Shown here in pieces: positions 48,114 to 60,008 of a stretch of DNA of 64,000 nt. The translations under genes were made by a program, and so were the position numbers. Numbering within the stretch: position 1 is the stretch's first letter; each line of letters starts with the position of its first letter. The stretch covers positions 69,256,001-69,320,000 of the forward strand of contig CM059432.1 in NCBI GenBank assembly GCA_030390025.1. Reading direction: 5' to 3'. The notes under the pieces are model-generated. The model did no database searches, had not been told where the DNA came from, and was given only the letters and a program-made list of their open reading frames with translations. Source of the stretch: Squalus acanthias. Its lineage: Eukaryota.

Positions 48114-48407
48114 CTACTGGAGAAAAGAAATAAAAACTTCAAACTTTATTCTGCTGGGTGGAGTAATGAATCCAGTGCTTTCACATATCATTTGAATTGT
48201 ACTTCCTGCTCAGGATTTCATGCTTTATGGCTGCAATGAGAAAAATGTATTCTATCAAAAAAGGAAAGTACCTACTTATTTTTTAAAGCTATTAATTAAA
48301 TGTTTATTTTCATGGGTTTAATGAGTGAATAGTCATTTTGGATGTTTCATTTTCATGTATTTAAGTTAAGTCATAAGGTAAGGTACAATATGTAAGCGGC
48401 AGAGTAC

Positions 48408-48540
48408 CTTCCAACCTGAGGACATTTTTCTGAGGGTGAAGATTCCGTCAAGTGCCAAAGATGTAGCCAAATGTGGTGGTGATTCAGGGGCTGCCTTAGG
48501 CCCCCAGAAGCGTTGAACTGTCACAAGTCTTTGATTTATT
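48408..48540 (-). other. Candidate 133-nt exon upstream of 48027-48113
   Basis: Acceptor TTTTGTATCAAGCAG and donor AAG|GTACTC. The open frame INQRLVTVQRFWGPKAAPESPPHLATSLALDGIFTLRKMSSGWK joins in phase to the next candidate. It is a GC island in AT-rich flanks. Confidence 0.28.
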
Positions 48541-49654
48541 CTGCTTGATACAAAACATACCAGAAAACTAAGCATTAAGTTCAGTTTTTATATATATATA
48601 TATAAAAATGCAAGTGACTGTTCAGAAATAATAGTGCCACCTTGAAATAAGGATAGAGATGGAAAGTCTAAGCCTGAATTTCTGCAGTATTTGTCCCGAT
48701 CTTCTGCTGTAACTCTGGCGGGGGACCGGGACGTCACCTGTAGAAACTCAGGGCCTATGAATATAAACCCTCAATGCAAAGACCGGCTTTAACAAACAGA
48801 AAAACTAGTAACATTAAGAACATTTGTTTCTGTTTTGACTTTATATTTTATCAGGGTGGTTCAAATGTTGCTGACTAAAACTGACTGGTGTTTGAAAAGT
48901 ACTCTATGAGGATCATATCCTCAGGGTAAAGTAATCACTCCCTGAGAGGTTACTTCCTGTTAGCCACATGATGCAAAAGAGATTCCTGGGAAACTAGGAA
49001 CATGTACAGTAGACACCAAGGGCCAACGCTTTCCCTTGGAAAGACCACACAAATGAACATGTTTGAGAAAATATTGTTCTGGCACCCTGGTGAGTGAAGG
49101 GCACAACACAGTGGATCCATTCAGACAGCAGGGATTCCAGCCATCCCTATTTATCTTTGTACATCAGTGTGGGAAACACTTTCATACAGTCTCATTTTTA
49201 ACAAATTGTTTGCTAAAATTACATTAGAATATCAATTCAGTTAATCTAAGACGAAAGCATGTGTACATATCTGAAATTGTTGAATATGTGATTGCTCCAC
49301 GAGATTATACAGCTTGGGAGTAACACAGTTGCAATTAGATAAAAAGGCTGTAATCAACAACTTCATATCAAGTATTCTCTATTTGCACGAGACATCTGTA
49401 TGACTTGGTAGCCCCGATTTTGTGAGTCTCCAATGTCGGTGTGCAGCCTTGTTGGGTGTGAACATAGAACAGATGTCAAGCAAGGTGAGGCTGCACTGAT
49501 GGACAGTGCCAATCTCATTAAAATATGCAAAGTTCACATTCTTTACACAAGTTCTGCCCCTAGCGCATTTAAAATGGATGTCTGACTAATCTGATGGCCC
49601 TCTCTACTAAGTCGGATTCTTAAAGTTAGTTTCTGTTAAAAATGTTGATACTAA

Positions 49655-50507
49655 GGCCGGAATTTTGCCGGCGCTCAGGGGGCGGGTTTGGAGGCGGGTC
49701 ATTTGGCAAAATTGCAAAGATTGACAGCAGGTCGGAAACCTGCTGTCAACCCGCCTCCAAACAATCTTCCCAGGTATCGGGTCCCCAATTTGCGCATGGA
49801 CCCAACGCCTAGTGGCGGGAAGAGGATTATAGCCACTTAACTGCTTGTTAACAGGTTGTTAACAGGCAGTTAAGAGGCTTTTTGCAATTTTGACAGGTCT
49901 ACTGCGGGCTTCCCGACGTCCGGACACCATGCCAGGTAAGTGTGGCATGCTGTGGGTCTACTGTAATGTTTCTGCATTGATGACAGCTGCAGAAGTGGTG
50001 TGAAGGATCCAATGGTGCACTGGTGAGTTTCAGAGGTAAGAAAATGTTGGGAAAATCATTTTTAATGCATTTACACTTTTCTGTAGGTGACAAGTTTTGG
50101 ATTGTATGTGTAGTCCGACCTCATTGGGAGAACCTCTCTCACCAGTGACAGATCACGTCTGTAACCTTAGCTGCAGCTGCCATCTGTTCTAGCCTAAGGA
50201 GGGAGTCACTGGAGAGTTTGGGTGCAAGGGCTCACCTTTGTACACCTCAATGCTGTCAAACACTGAGAAATCAGCGGTAAAAGAAAATTGTGCATGGCCC
50301 CTTTAAGAAAACTGGCAGATGACGTGTCATCAACTGACATCATCTGACACCGACTTCTTTTAATTGGCCGGCAAGCCCGCAGGGCTGGCTTATCAAGGCC
50401 AATTGATGCGAAATCGCATCTGTGCGTCTGATGACATGGGGGCGGGACTGGAACCCGGAAGGCAGCTGTCCCACTACCAAGCCACATCGATAGGAAAAAT
50501 CGCAGCC
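49655..50507. mobile_element. Non-autonomous Harbinger derivative with TAA TSD
   Basis: TAA|GGCCGGAATTTT ... AAAATCGCAGCC|TAA. Internal blocks are shared with 21036-22686. Confidence 0.82.
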
Positions 50508-50634
50508 TAAGTTTTTTTTTGAAGAAACATTAATGTTGAGTTGCATTTTGCTCCCTGCATTAGTTTCTGTTGCTGTAGAGGGTATTATTTTTGCTATTGT
50601 TTTAGAAGACTTTCCCCCAGTATTGTTTAGGTGT

Positions 50635-52186
50635 TTTTTTTTTAATGTGGGCGTCGCTGGCAAGCCCAGCATTTATTGCCCATCCCCATTGCCCTTGAAA
50701 AAGTGGTGATGAGCCACCTTCTTGATCCACTGCAGTCCATGTGGTGAAGGTATTCCCATAGAATTGTTACGGAGTCAGTTCCAGGATTTTGACCTAGCGA
50801 CGATGAAGGAACAGCGATATATTTCCAAGTCAGGATGGTATGTGACTTGGAGGAGAACTTGGAGGTGATGGTGTTCCAATGCGCCTGCTGCCCTTGTCCT
50901 TCTAGATGGTGGAGGTCGCAGGTTTGGGAGATGCTGTCGAAGAAGCCTTGGCGAGTTGCTGCAGTGAAAAGCTAAAAACAGTGGAGGTCCAAAGAGACTT
51001 GGGGGGCCAGGTACATAGATCATTAAAATGTCATGAACAGGTACAGAAAATAATCAAAAAGGCGAATGGAATGCTGGCCTTTATATCTAGAGGGCTAGAA
51101 TACAAGGGGGTAGAAGTTATGCTGCAGCTTTTCAAAACCCTGGTTAGACCACACCTGGAATACTGTGAGCAGTTCTGGGCACCACACCTTAGGAAGGATA
51201 TATTAGCCTTGAAGGGAGTGCAGCATAGGTTTACCAGAATGATACCCGGAATTCAAGGGTTAACTTACGAGGAGGGTTGTATTCCCTAGAATTTAGAAGG
51301 TTAAGGGGTGATCTAATCAAAGTTTTCAAGATATTAAGGGGAACAGATACGGTCGATAGAGAGAAACTATTTCCACTGGTTGGGGATTCTAAGACTAGGG
51401 GGTATAGTCTAAAAATTACAGCCAGACCTTTCAGGAGTGAGATTAGGAAACACTTCTACACACAAATGGTGGTAGAAGTTTGGAGCTCTCTTCCACAAAT
51501 GGTAATTGGTGCTAGATAAATTGTTAATTTTAAATCTGAGATTGATAGCTTTTTGTTAACCAAAGGTATTAAAGGGTATGGGCCAAAAGCGGGTACGTGG
51601 AGTTAGGTCGCAGATCAGCCATGATCTCATTGAATGGCGGAACAGGCTCGAGGGGCTGAATAGCCCACTCCAGTTCCTATGTTCAGTGCATCTTGTGAAT
51701 GGTACACACTGCAGCCACAGTGCGTCGGTGGTGGAGGGAGTGAATGTTTAAGGTGGTGGATGGGGTACCAATCAAGTGGGCTGCTTTGTCATGGATGGTG
51801 TCGAGCTTCTTGAGTGTTGTTGGAGCTGCACTCATCCAGGCAAGTGGAGAGTATCCCATCACACTCCTGACTTGTGCCTTGTAGATGGTGGAAAGGCTTG
51901 GGGGAGTCAGGAGGTGAGACACTCGTCGCAGAATACCCAGCCTCTGACCTGCTCGTGAAGCCACAGTATTTATGTGGTTAGTCCAGTTAAGTTTCTGGTC
52001 AATGGTGACCCCCAGGATGATGATAGTGGGGAATTCGGTGATGGTAATGCTGTTGAATGTCAAGGGGCAGTATTTAAACTCTCTTTTGTTGGAGATAGTC
52101 ATTGCCTGGCACTTGTGTGGCGCGAATGTTACTTACCACTTATCAGCCCAAGCCTGAATGTCGTCCAGGTCTTGCTGCATGCAGGA
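50635..52186 (-). mobile_element. Zenon-like LINE 3' fragment interrupted by CR1
   Basis: Pieces 50635-50966 and 51683-52186 match the family's C-terminus and 3' UTR. Confidence 0.9.
50967..51682 (+). mobile_element. CR1 3' fragment with CAGTG TSD
   Basis: ANGMLAFISRGLEYK..RPHLEYC. CAGTG is duplicated on both sides. Confidence 0.9.
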
Positions 52187-52524
52187 ATGTGGCTGTGTCA
52201 GCTGTGGCTGTGGCTGTAAAGTGCTTTTAGACATCCTAAGGTCATGAAAGGCGCTATATAAAAGCAAGTCTTTCTTCCTTTCTTGTTGCTTGCTGCTGCA
52301 ATTGAAGTTAAAGGAAACACAGTGTTGAGGATGGAATTCCATTGGGAGTTCCCATGGCGCTCCACAATTTAGATTAGGAAGAGTTGTTCATGTGGGGACT
52401 CCAAATAGAGATACGATGAAGCCTCAGGCTTTATGTCTGAAACCTGTCAATAACCTAGGACTGTCATTGATGGACCCTAACACTCCTAACTGGACTTATT
52501 GTAGGATAATCTTGTTACTTCTCC

Positions 52525-52635
52525 AACTTTTTCCAGTTCTGACGAAGGGTCATCGACCTGAAACATTAACTCTGTTGCTCTCTCCACGATGCTGCCTGAT
52601 TTGCTCAGTGTTTCCAGTATTTTCTGTTGTTGTTA
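52525..52635 (+). mobile_element. Solo Penelope pLTR (family 1) with hammerhead motif
   Basis: AGTT-CTGACGA-A-GGGTC ATC GACCT-GAAA-CA-TT-AACT followed by the family 1 tail. Confidence 0.82.
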
Positions 52636-53144
52636 TCATAGGAGACTTGTCTTCACTACCTCCACTTCACAACAGAGGCTACCACTTAGATATGCTAGCT
52701 GGCCTGCAAACAACTTCCATAGTTGTGAAGGTTACCACAGCATAAAGCTTTCATGCTACTTTCTAAATCACTATCAGGGGCATCTTCCAGATTAATTAAT
52801 CGCCATAGATGCATTAAACAAATGACAGATGTTATGTCCTGATTTTGTGAGAATGGCTGAATCAGGGATGAGCTGGTCCACGGATACATCTGCACTGGCA
52901 GGTCACAGAGGTGACTGAATTTACAATGGTCAAAGAGCTTGACTGTGGCACAGCTGGCTGTGTAGGTTGTATAAAATCTAGCAATTTTTCAGTTTTTAAA
53001 GAGCTATAGCTTACCATTAAAAGGGAGATTAGAGTGGTTTCAAAAAGCTGAGCAATTGTTCGGAATGACAAGGAGAAATGAGGGCACAACTGTTTGATTT
53101 GAATAGATTTTGTCTGTGTTTAAATTGTGAATTCTGGGAGATTC

Positions 53145-53247
53145 TCTCACTGCTAACTTACCTGAGGAAGGAGCAAACCGCTCCGAAAGCTTGTAAAATT
53201 AAATAAATCTGTTGGACTATAACCTGGTGTTGTGCGACTTCTCACTT
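53145..53247 (+). mobile_element. Solo Penelope pLTR (family 2) with hammerhead motif
   Basis: TTAC-CTGAGGA-A-GGAGC..GCTCC-GAAA-GC-TT-GTAA; stem I covaries (TTAC/GTAA). The tail TGTTGGACTATAACCTGGTGTTGTGCGACTTCTCAC follows. Confidence 0.82.
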
Positions 53248-53367
53248 TTGATGCTGGAGTTGCTGCTGCAGGAGGTGCATTAAAGGAGGATGGCCCTATT
53301 TAGATCATTGATACCTAGCTGCAAATGTGGATGAAGTTTGTTGATATCAGAAGGAAGGAAAAGGTAA

Positions 53368-53805
53368 CTGTCAGCTGTGGCTCAGTTAGTGTCAGCAGTG
53401 GCTCAGTGGTAGCACTCTCTCCTCTGAGTCAGAAGGTTGTGGGATCAAGTCCCACTCTACGAGACTTGAGCACAAAACCTAGGCTGACACTTCAGTGCAG
53501 TACTGATGGAGTGCTGCACCACCAGAGGTGCTGTCTTTTGGATGAGACGTTAAACCGAGGCCCGTCTGCCTCCTCAGGTGGATGTAAAAGATCCCATGGC
53601 AGTATTTGAAAAAGAGCAGGGGAGTTTCTCCCTGGTGTCCTGGTCAATCTTTATCCCTCAACATTACTAATACACATTATCTGGTCATTACCTCATTGCT
53701 GTTTGTGATAGCTTGCTGTGTGCAAATTGGCTGCGCCCTTTCCTACAACAGTGACTAGACTTCAAAAGTAATTACTTGGCTGTAAAGCACTTTGGGACAT
53801 CCTGA
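53368..53805 (+). mobile_element. Deu-domain tRNA SINE with duplicated 5' end
   Basis: Tandem TGTCAGCTGTGGCTCAGT / TGTCAGCAGTGGCTCAGT start, followed by B box, Deu domain and partial tail. Confidence 0.88.
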
Positions 53806-54689
53806 GCACATGTTAAGTATGGCCCAAACCTAAGGTGAGAACTCAGACACAATCTGAGAGGTAACAATTTAAAGCATTACACACAACAATTGTCCTTTTG
53901 CACATTGTCCTTCACTTATACATGCAACTTCAAACCGAAGCTGGGTGTACTGAGATGAGCTGAGAATACTTTGAACTGTGCATTATATGCCAATACCTGG
54001 TAACACTGATCTACTTCGCTTTTACCCTTGTTTTCTACAAAGGTAGAAACCGCTCCACCATGATAATTCAACACAACGGTGCCAATTCTTGGTAGTTTTT
54101 CAATCAACACTTTTATTCTTATTTCAGTGCCTGACAGTACACCCACGGAAAAGCATGCCTACACTCCCACTGCCTTCACAATGCAACACATTTTTTTTAT
54201 CAGATGGGAGTAAGAACTCTGACTGCAATTGTTAAGCACAGGGCATGCTATCTTTATCAGATATACTTTTCATCACCCTCTCCCTTCTGACGTGCTGCTA
54301 GAGGCTTGTTATTTAGTGGTCTTGTGGCCCTTTCAAGTTGTTTTGTCTGTGCACTGGGAATGTCCTTAATGTATCATGTGTGGTCAGTAATAGAGCAATA
54401 AATAGATGTGAGTTTAGGCTGCAAGTAGATTATAACTTGCAGATAACAGATTTTTTTATATTGTAATTCAGTTTTACATACAAAAACAAATTATGGCGCC
54501 AAAGCTGCATTTATGCACCAGCTACTGGCCTCAAATCTTGGGTCAGAGTATGGGTTCCAGACAGACAGTACCCTGTTTACACTGCCTAGCTGAAACTCCA
54601 ATTTCAATGCCTTGGGAGAATTCAGTGCATGTGTGATTATGAATGTTCACAGCACTTTCTCCCTCTTGATTGAGCCCACGGCCTCCCTC

Positions 54690-57070
54690 TGCACCTCCCT
54701 AGATATTGTCCACTGTACCCACCATGGCATTCATCTCTAGTTCTCGCAGAGCAGCAACCACACCTTCAAGTTTCACCTACATCTCACCTAGTTCATTCAC
54801 CAGGGGTTAACTTCTCTAACCTCCTCCTTATCCTGCTCACTTCTCCCTCTGAGCCTGCCAGTGGATCATCGACCATTGGCCCTCTCTGTATCACCCTCCA
54901 GAATGTTCACCTCCTAACGAATCTTTATGTCATCTCCAGCATATCAACATGTTCATCATGGATGAATGCAGCTGACAGAAATGGGAATTATGGGCAGTGA
55001 TTCCATCCCACTCACTGAACCCTGGACCCACCTAAACAGCTGCCACATTGGCATAGCCCATATCACTAAGTCACATTTTGACCTCTCTCCTCCCCCTCTG
55101 GCACCTGTTCCTCCTCTGGGCAGCTCACCTTCTTCCATTCCTCCTGCCTTTCACTCAAAATCCCTTTCATGTACTGTACTCCTAAGCCTTGTGCTGACAT
55201 CCTTATTTAGATATCCTCTCTTCTCTCCTCCTTTAGCCTCTGCACTGGGTGACCCTTCATTATCCGTGACTTCAACCCAAGCTTAAGCTCCTCTAGTCCC
55301 CTTTCTTCTGACTTCTTCATCTTCATATCGTCGCCCAATCTCACCCTTCACATAATCTCCTCCTTGGCTATCCTGTTGACTTTGCCACTCCTCTTGATTT
55401 CTCTGTGCCCAAGGTCTCAATCATCAGTGAGGCTATCTCTGATCACGTCATCAATTCCTGTACCACTCACATTCCACTACCTTCCCCCAACCTTACTGAC
55501 CTCACCATCCACTCATGCAAGAGATTCTCCCCCAATTCCCTAACTAATTGATACTCAAAATCCCAACTCCATCTACTCTGACCTTCACCTGTCCTGACAC
55601 CTCTGATAGACTGGTTGGCATGCTAAACTGCTCCCTTGTTTCTGTTTTCAATATTGTCATTCCCATCAAATCACTCACTATCTCCCACCCCTGCCATTTC
55701 CTCAGGTACACTTTCACTCCCTTTAATCAGAGGCCACAACTTGAGCATACCTGGCGCACAACTGACCTACTCATTCGATGCCAGATTAGGTTTTACCATC
55801 TCAAGCATTACTGTGACTTAATAAACTCAGCCAAACCCATCTACTACTCCAGCATTATCCAGGAAGGCAAAGACAATCAAAGCTTTTTTTCTCCTTGACT
55901 AAACCTCCTCCAACCTGTTTTCCCTGTCCCCTGCATCCTCACATCCAATACCAAATGAGAACAGCTGATGGATTTATTCATCTCTGAGACATTCCTTACA
56001 GCGTCCTCTGCCATTACTTCCTTTCCTTTCCTCCCTGCTCCTGACCTCCCCCCAATCTCCCACCTACTCTCGTACCAATCTCTTCAGAGAAATGAGGACA
56101 AGATAGAGCTGGATGCCATTGGCATTCACGTGGAAGCTGATCCCATGCCTGTGGATGATGTTGCCAAAAAGCAACATGTAGAAGAGGGAGAAGAAGAATG
56201 GATCTCTGGGGAACTCTGGAAATGATAGTGCAGGGAAGTGAAGAAAAGGTGGTGTACTGGCTTTGATTGGGTAGGTAGGAGTGGAACCATGCAAAGTCCC
56301 ACAAAGTTGCACAGTCGAGGGGAGATGATGGCTGGACATCCATGTCAAACTACATGGAGAGGTTGAGGAGGATAAAAACAATTAGTGCACCACCGTCACT
56401 GTCACAGATGATGTGATTTTGGCCAGGACAGTCTGAATGCTGTGAGGCAAGTAGAAGACAGATTGTAGAGGGATTCAAACAGTGAGTTTTTGTGACTGGC
56501 TGGGAAGCAGCTGGGAAATGGTGACACACTTGAGGGCCTTAGAGGGGAAAGGGAAGTTCTGCACTTTCTCTCCCATCTCCTCTCTTCCCTCTCCAAGCTC
56601 GTTTCTTCCATAAGTGCCACCTCCTGCTCCCTTGATCTCTTACCCAGTCAACTCAACTACCTCTCCTGGCTCCCATGCTAGCTGACGTTGTTAAAGGACT
56701 CCTTTCCTCAGGCACAATCTCTCTCTCTTTCAAAGCCTCCATCATCACCCCCTCCTCAAAATATCAACCCTCAGCCCTGCCATCCTCTCCAATTACCACC
56801 CCATTTCTAACTTCCCTTTCCTCTCTATCATCAGGTCTGTCCTCGCTGACCTACGTTGGCTTTAGTTCTGATGAAGGCTACACACCCAAAACATCATGAC
56901 CTCTCTTTTCTCTTTACAGATGCTGACTGACCTGCTGTGTATTTCCAGCATTGTCTATTTTTATTTCAGATTTGCAGCTTTCATTTTCCTTTTACACTGG
57001 CTCTCAGTCCCCACAATACACTAAATTAAAAATCTTCATCCTAATTTTCAAATCCCTATCCATCCTCAGC
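54690..57070. mobile_element. Highly decayed L2-like element with an inverted internal segment (~56080-56530)
   Basis: C/T-rich + strand with remnants such as ISDH and YYSSII, plus a purine-rich central block reading on the minus strand like VPQ.SIL...NGIQLYL. Confidence 0.55.
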
Positions 57071-57637
57071 TAAGGAGGATATATCTGCAGCCATGAAAGC
57101 TCCACTAAAATTTTCAGACCCACTGCCCGTTACTCAGTTGCCCCCTGCCAGATTGCTTCGCCCGCCACTCCCCACTCCTTCCGGGCCGGACTCCTGGCAA
57201 GGTTCCACAGAGGACCTGCCAGATTCCCTCTACCCTGCTCCCTCCTCCCTCCCTCCCCGGGCAGGCTGCCTGTGTGCGCTCGCTGATGGTGACTGTTCGC
57301 CCGATATATTTAGATGAGCCCCGACCATAAAAATGGTTCAGTTCTTTCATTGGCCCCGCACACCTGACATGAGCTCCAGTTGAAAATTGCCTCCGATCCT
57401 CTCCACTGAGAGACAAACTGAGGCATACCCACAATTTACTGCCAGGTGCACCTGTTACAGACTGTCGTATCATAACAGCTTCCAGCTGCTATGAAAGAAT
57501 ATTTACTGTTACTTCTTACGGCAGATTTTTAAATTGTTTGAAGTCCCTCATCTTGGTTTGTACAATTTTTATTAACATGAATTCTTATCTGGATCTAATA
57601 ATGTCATTTTTCTTACGCCATTCCATGGAGACTTCTA

Positions 57638-58301
57638 GGCCTAGAAATTCCAGTACGCCGAAAACCTGCCGGTGCCACCGCAGGCCACAGTTAACAGCTG
57701 CCCGAATTAATAGCACAGGCATTTTGATGTTGCCTGATAATTTAAATTAGCGCTGTGCTAAACTTACCTCTTTTTCTGGCGCTATTCTCAACAGGAGGCC
57801 TAATGTAGTATGGCTGCAGCATCCATGAAGCATTTTCTTAAAGCAAGGCTGTCATTTTAGAAAGCAGTGTCGGTCCCTTAAAGGTGAACTGCCTTCTAAA
57901 ATGAAGAAAATAAAAATCATTTAAAAATAGGCAGTTTTTAGCCCTTAGAGCTCAACTGCCTCCTGAAAAAAAACATTAAAAATAATTCCCAAATGGCAGT
58001 CTTCAGCTCTTAAAGCTGAATTGCCTTCTGCACCTAAAAAATGGGAAAGTGCTTCAGCACTAACACAAATGGCTCAACAAGCCAGTTGAAGTTTGCAGAG
58101 CATGGCGTCATGTCGGCGTCACACACCAACTGATGTCACGCTTTGCTGATTTGCATTTCTAGGGTCAGCACTGCTAACGGCAGCGCTATGGCCCTCACCA
58201 AAATGGCGGCCGCCAAGTCCCATGCCAGAGGCGGGCAGAAGTGTGGTGGCCACCATTTTCTTTCAAGAAACGGGCCTTAATAGAGAGCAATTTTCTAGGC
58301 C
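57638..58301. mobile_element. MITE sharing TIRs with the Harbinger at 5404-9383
   Basis: GGCCTAGAAATT ... ATTTTCTAGGCC with flanks CTA/TTA. Confidence 0.82.
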
Positions 58302-58626
58302 TTAGTCTTCTTTGCCTTGTAAATAACTCAGATACTTCTGTTTCATTAAATATTTGAAAAAGAAATATCAGATCCCTTCTTCTTCCTGAAAGAGAAAATA
58401 CACTTCAAAAATAGAGCAACTCTTTTTGTCTTATAATTTTTATTATCTTGAAAAATAATTCATTCCATAGATAAAAAGAATAGATAAAAAAGATAACATG
58501 TGGCATGGAGCACAGTACGGAGTGAGCTTTATGTATGAGGAAGACCCAGTAACGCGCCATTATCTCAATACCTTACATTCTTGCATTTATAAAGATTAGA
58601 TTTAACTAGTTTACACAAAGGATATG

Positions 58627-59234
58627 GGCCCTAAGATCCGTGGGTCTTCGCTTCTGGCATAAGAGCCAGGATATGCCCGCAGGAAACTTTCGTTGCTGAC
58701 CCGGCAAGAGTATTCGGGGTCAGATGAGATTCCCTAATTAGCGTAAAACTCATATTCCATCACAACATGGGGAGCAACTAATGCAACTCATGTTATTCCC
58801 AGCAGCTCAAGCCTGAGTCAGATTGTGAAGAGAGTATCAGTCCCCCTGGCTGATCTCTGCCCACAGATGCAGCTTTTTTTAGGGTCCAGGCAAGGGCCCA
58901 GCCCTGGGTCCCCAGGTGGGCCCCACTTATGCTGCAGAGTGAGCCAGTGCACTGTTTATCCTGGTGTAGTGACTGTCCAACGTAATAGAGGCCAGGGCCG
59001 AGGAAATTCCCAGCCTGGGAATTCTATTCCCCCATGCCATGTCTAATCCAACAACAGGATGGATGGAAGTTCCACCCAAAACAGCCCCTCACCTGCTCCC
59101 CCCACCCCGTTAACTCAAAATGGAGGTTGGGACCCAGCATGTTCAGGACCCGGCCTAATTTGTGGGTCTTCTGCTGCACTCTTAGAAGATTTACACCAGG
59201 AACATGCTGGAAAGAGCTGTGGAAATTCAGGGCC
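58627..59234. mobile_element. Harbinger-type MITE with ATG TSD
   Basis: ATG|GGCCCTAAGATCC ... GGAAATTCAGGGCC|ATG. Confidence 0.65.
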
Positions 59235-59275
59235 ATGTAATCTTGCTGCTTCTGGAGGCAGTAGAGTTGGATATT

Positions 59276-60008
59276 GGTCCAAAAATTGCTGTCTAGGTAA
59301 TGGCGAGGTTATTTATGTGCAACGTCAGGCAAGGGCAGATTAAACGCAGAAATCAAAAAGTTGCTGTCGGAGATGTGCCGCTCCACCGTTAGCTTCGTGA
59401 AAATGGCATCTCGCTGTCTGGCTCCTCATTTAAATACATTGAACGACGTGAAGTTCCTGTACTTGCATGGTAGACACGAAGTAAACGCGCCACAGAAAGT
59501 TAAGTCAAGTCATTTCAAGGCTAAGTACCCTTTTAACAATTGCTACTCGGCCTCTCTGGCACTGAAAATGAATTATTACAAGTGTGGAGTCTCATTACTT
59601 AAGGATTTAATTGTTGTTGGAGATTTTTTTTTAACTTAAAATGAACTTTTTTAAACTTTTTCTTTCTGTCTCTTTTTTTCTCTTTCTCTTAATCCAAACT
59701 TTCTTTCCATCTCTTTATTTTTCTTTCTGTACCTGATTTGACATTGAATTCACTATTCTAACTAACACATCCTTGTTCAGACCTTGCACTAGTCATTTCA
59801 CAATCCTTCAATCTGATTGGTTAAGGAGATATACAGTTGCTTGCCCTGTTCACTCAGATCCCAGATGCCAGGTGGAGGGCACCGTGCCGTTTCCACCTCG
59901 CACTTCTAGCAACTTGCAGCGCAAAATATCATGGAGATTTAATGGGCAAGGGCAAGTCTAACTAATCGTGGACGCCATTCGTTGGCCAGTTACAGGAATT
60001 CTTGGGCC
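59276..60008. mobile_element. Harbinger-type MITE
   Basis: Imperfect TIRs GGTCCAAAAATTGCTG ... CAGGAATTCTTGGGCC. Confidence 0.65.

Noticed and set aside
53916..54146. 76-aa minus-strand ORF in unique DNA
   Set aside because: No convincing splice signals or recognisable motif; the length is expected by chance.
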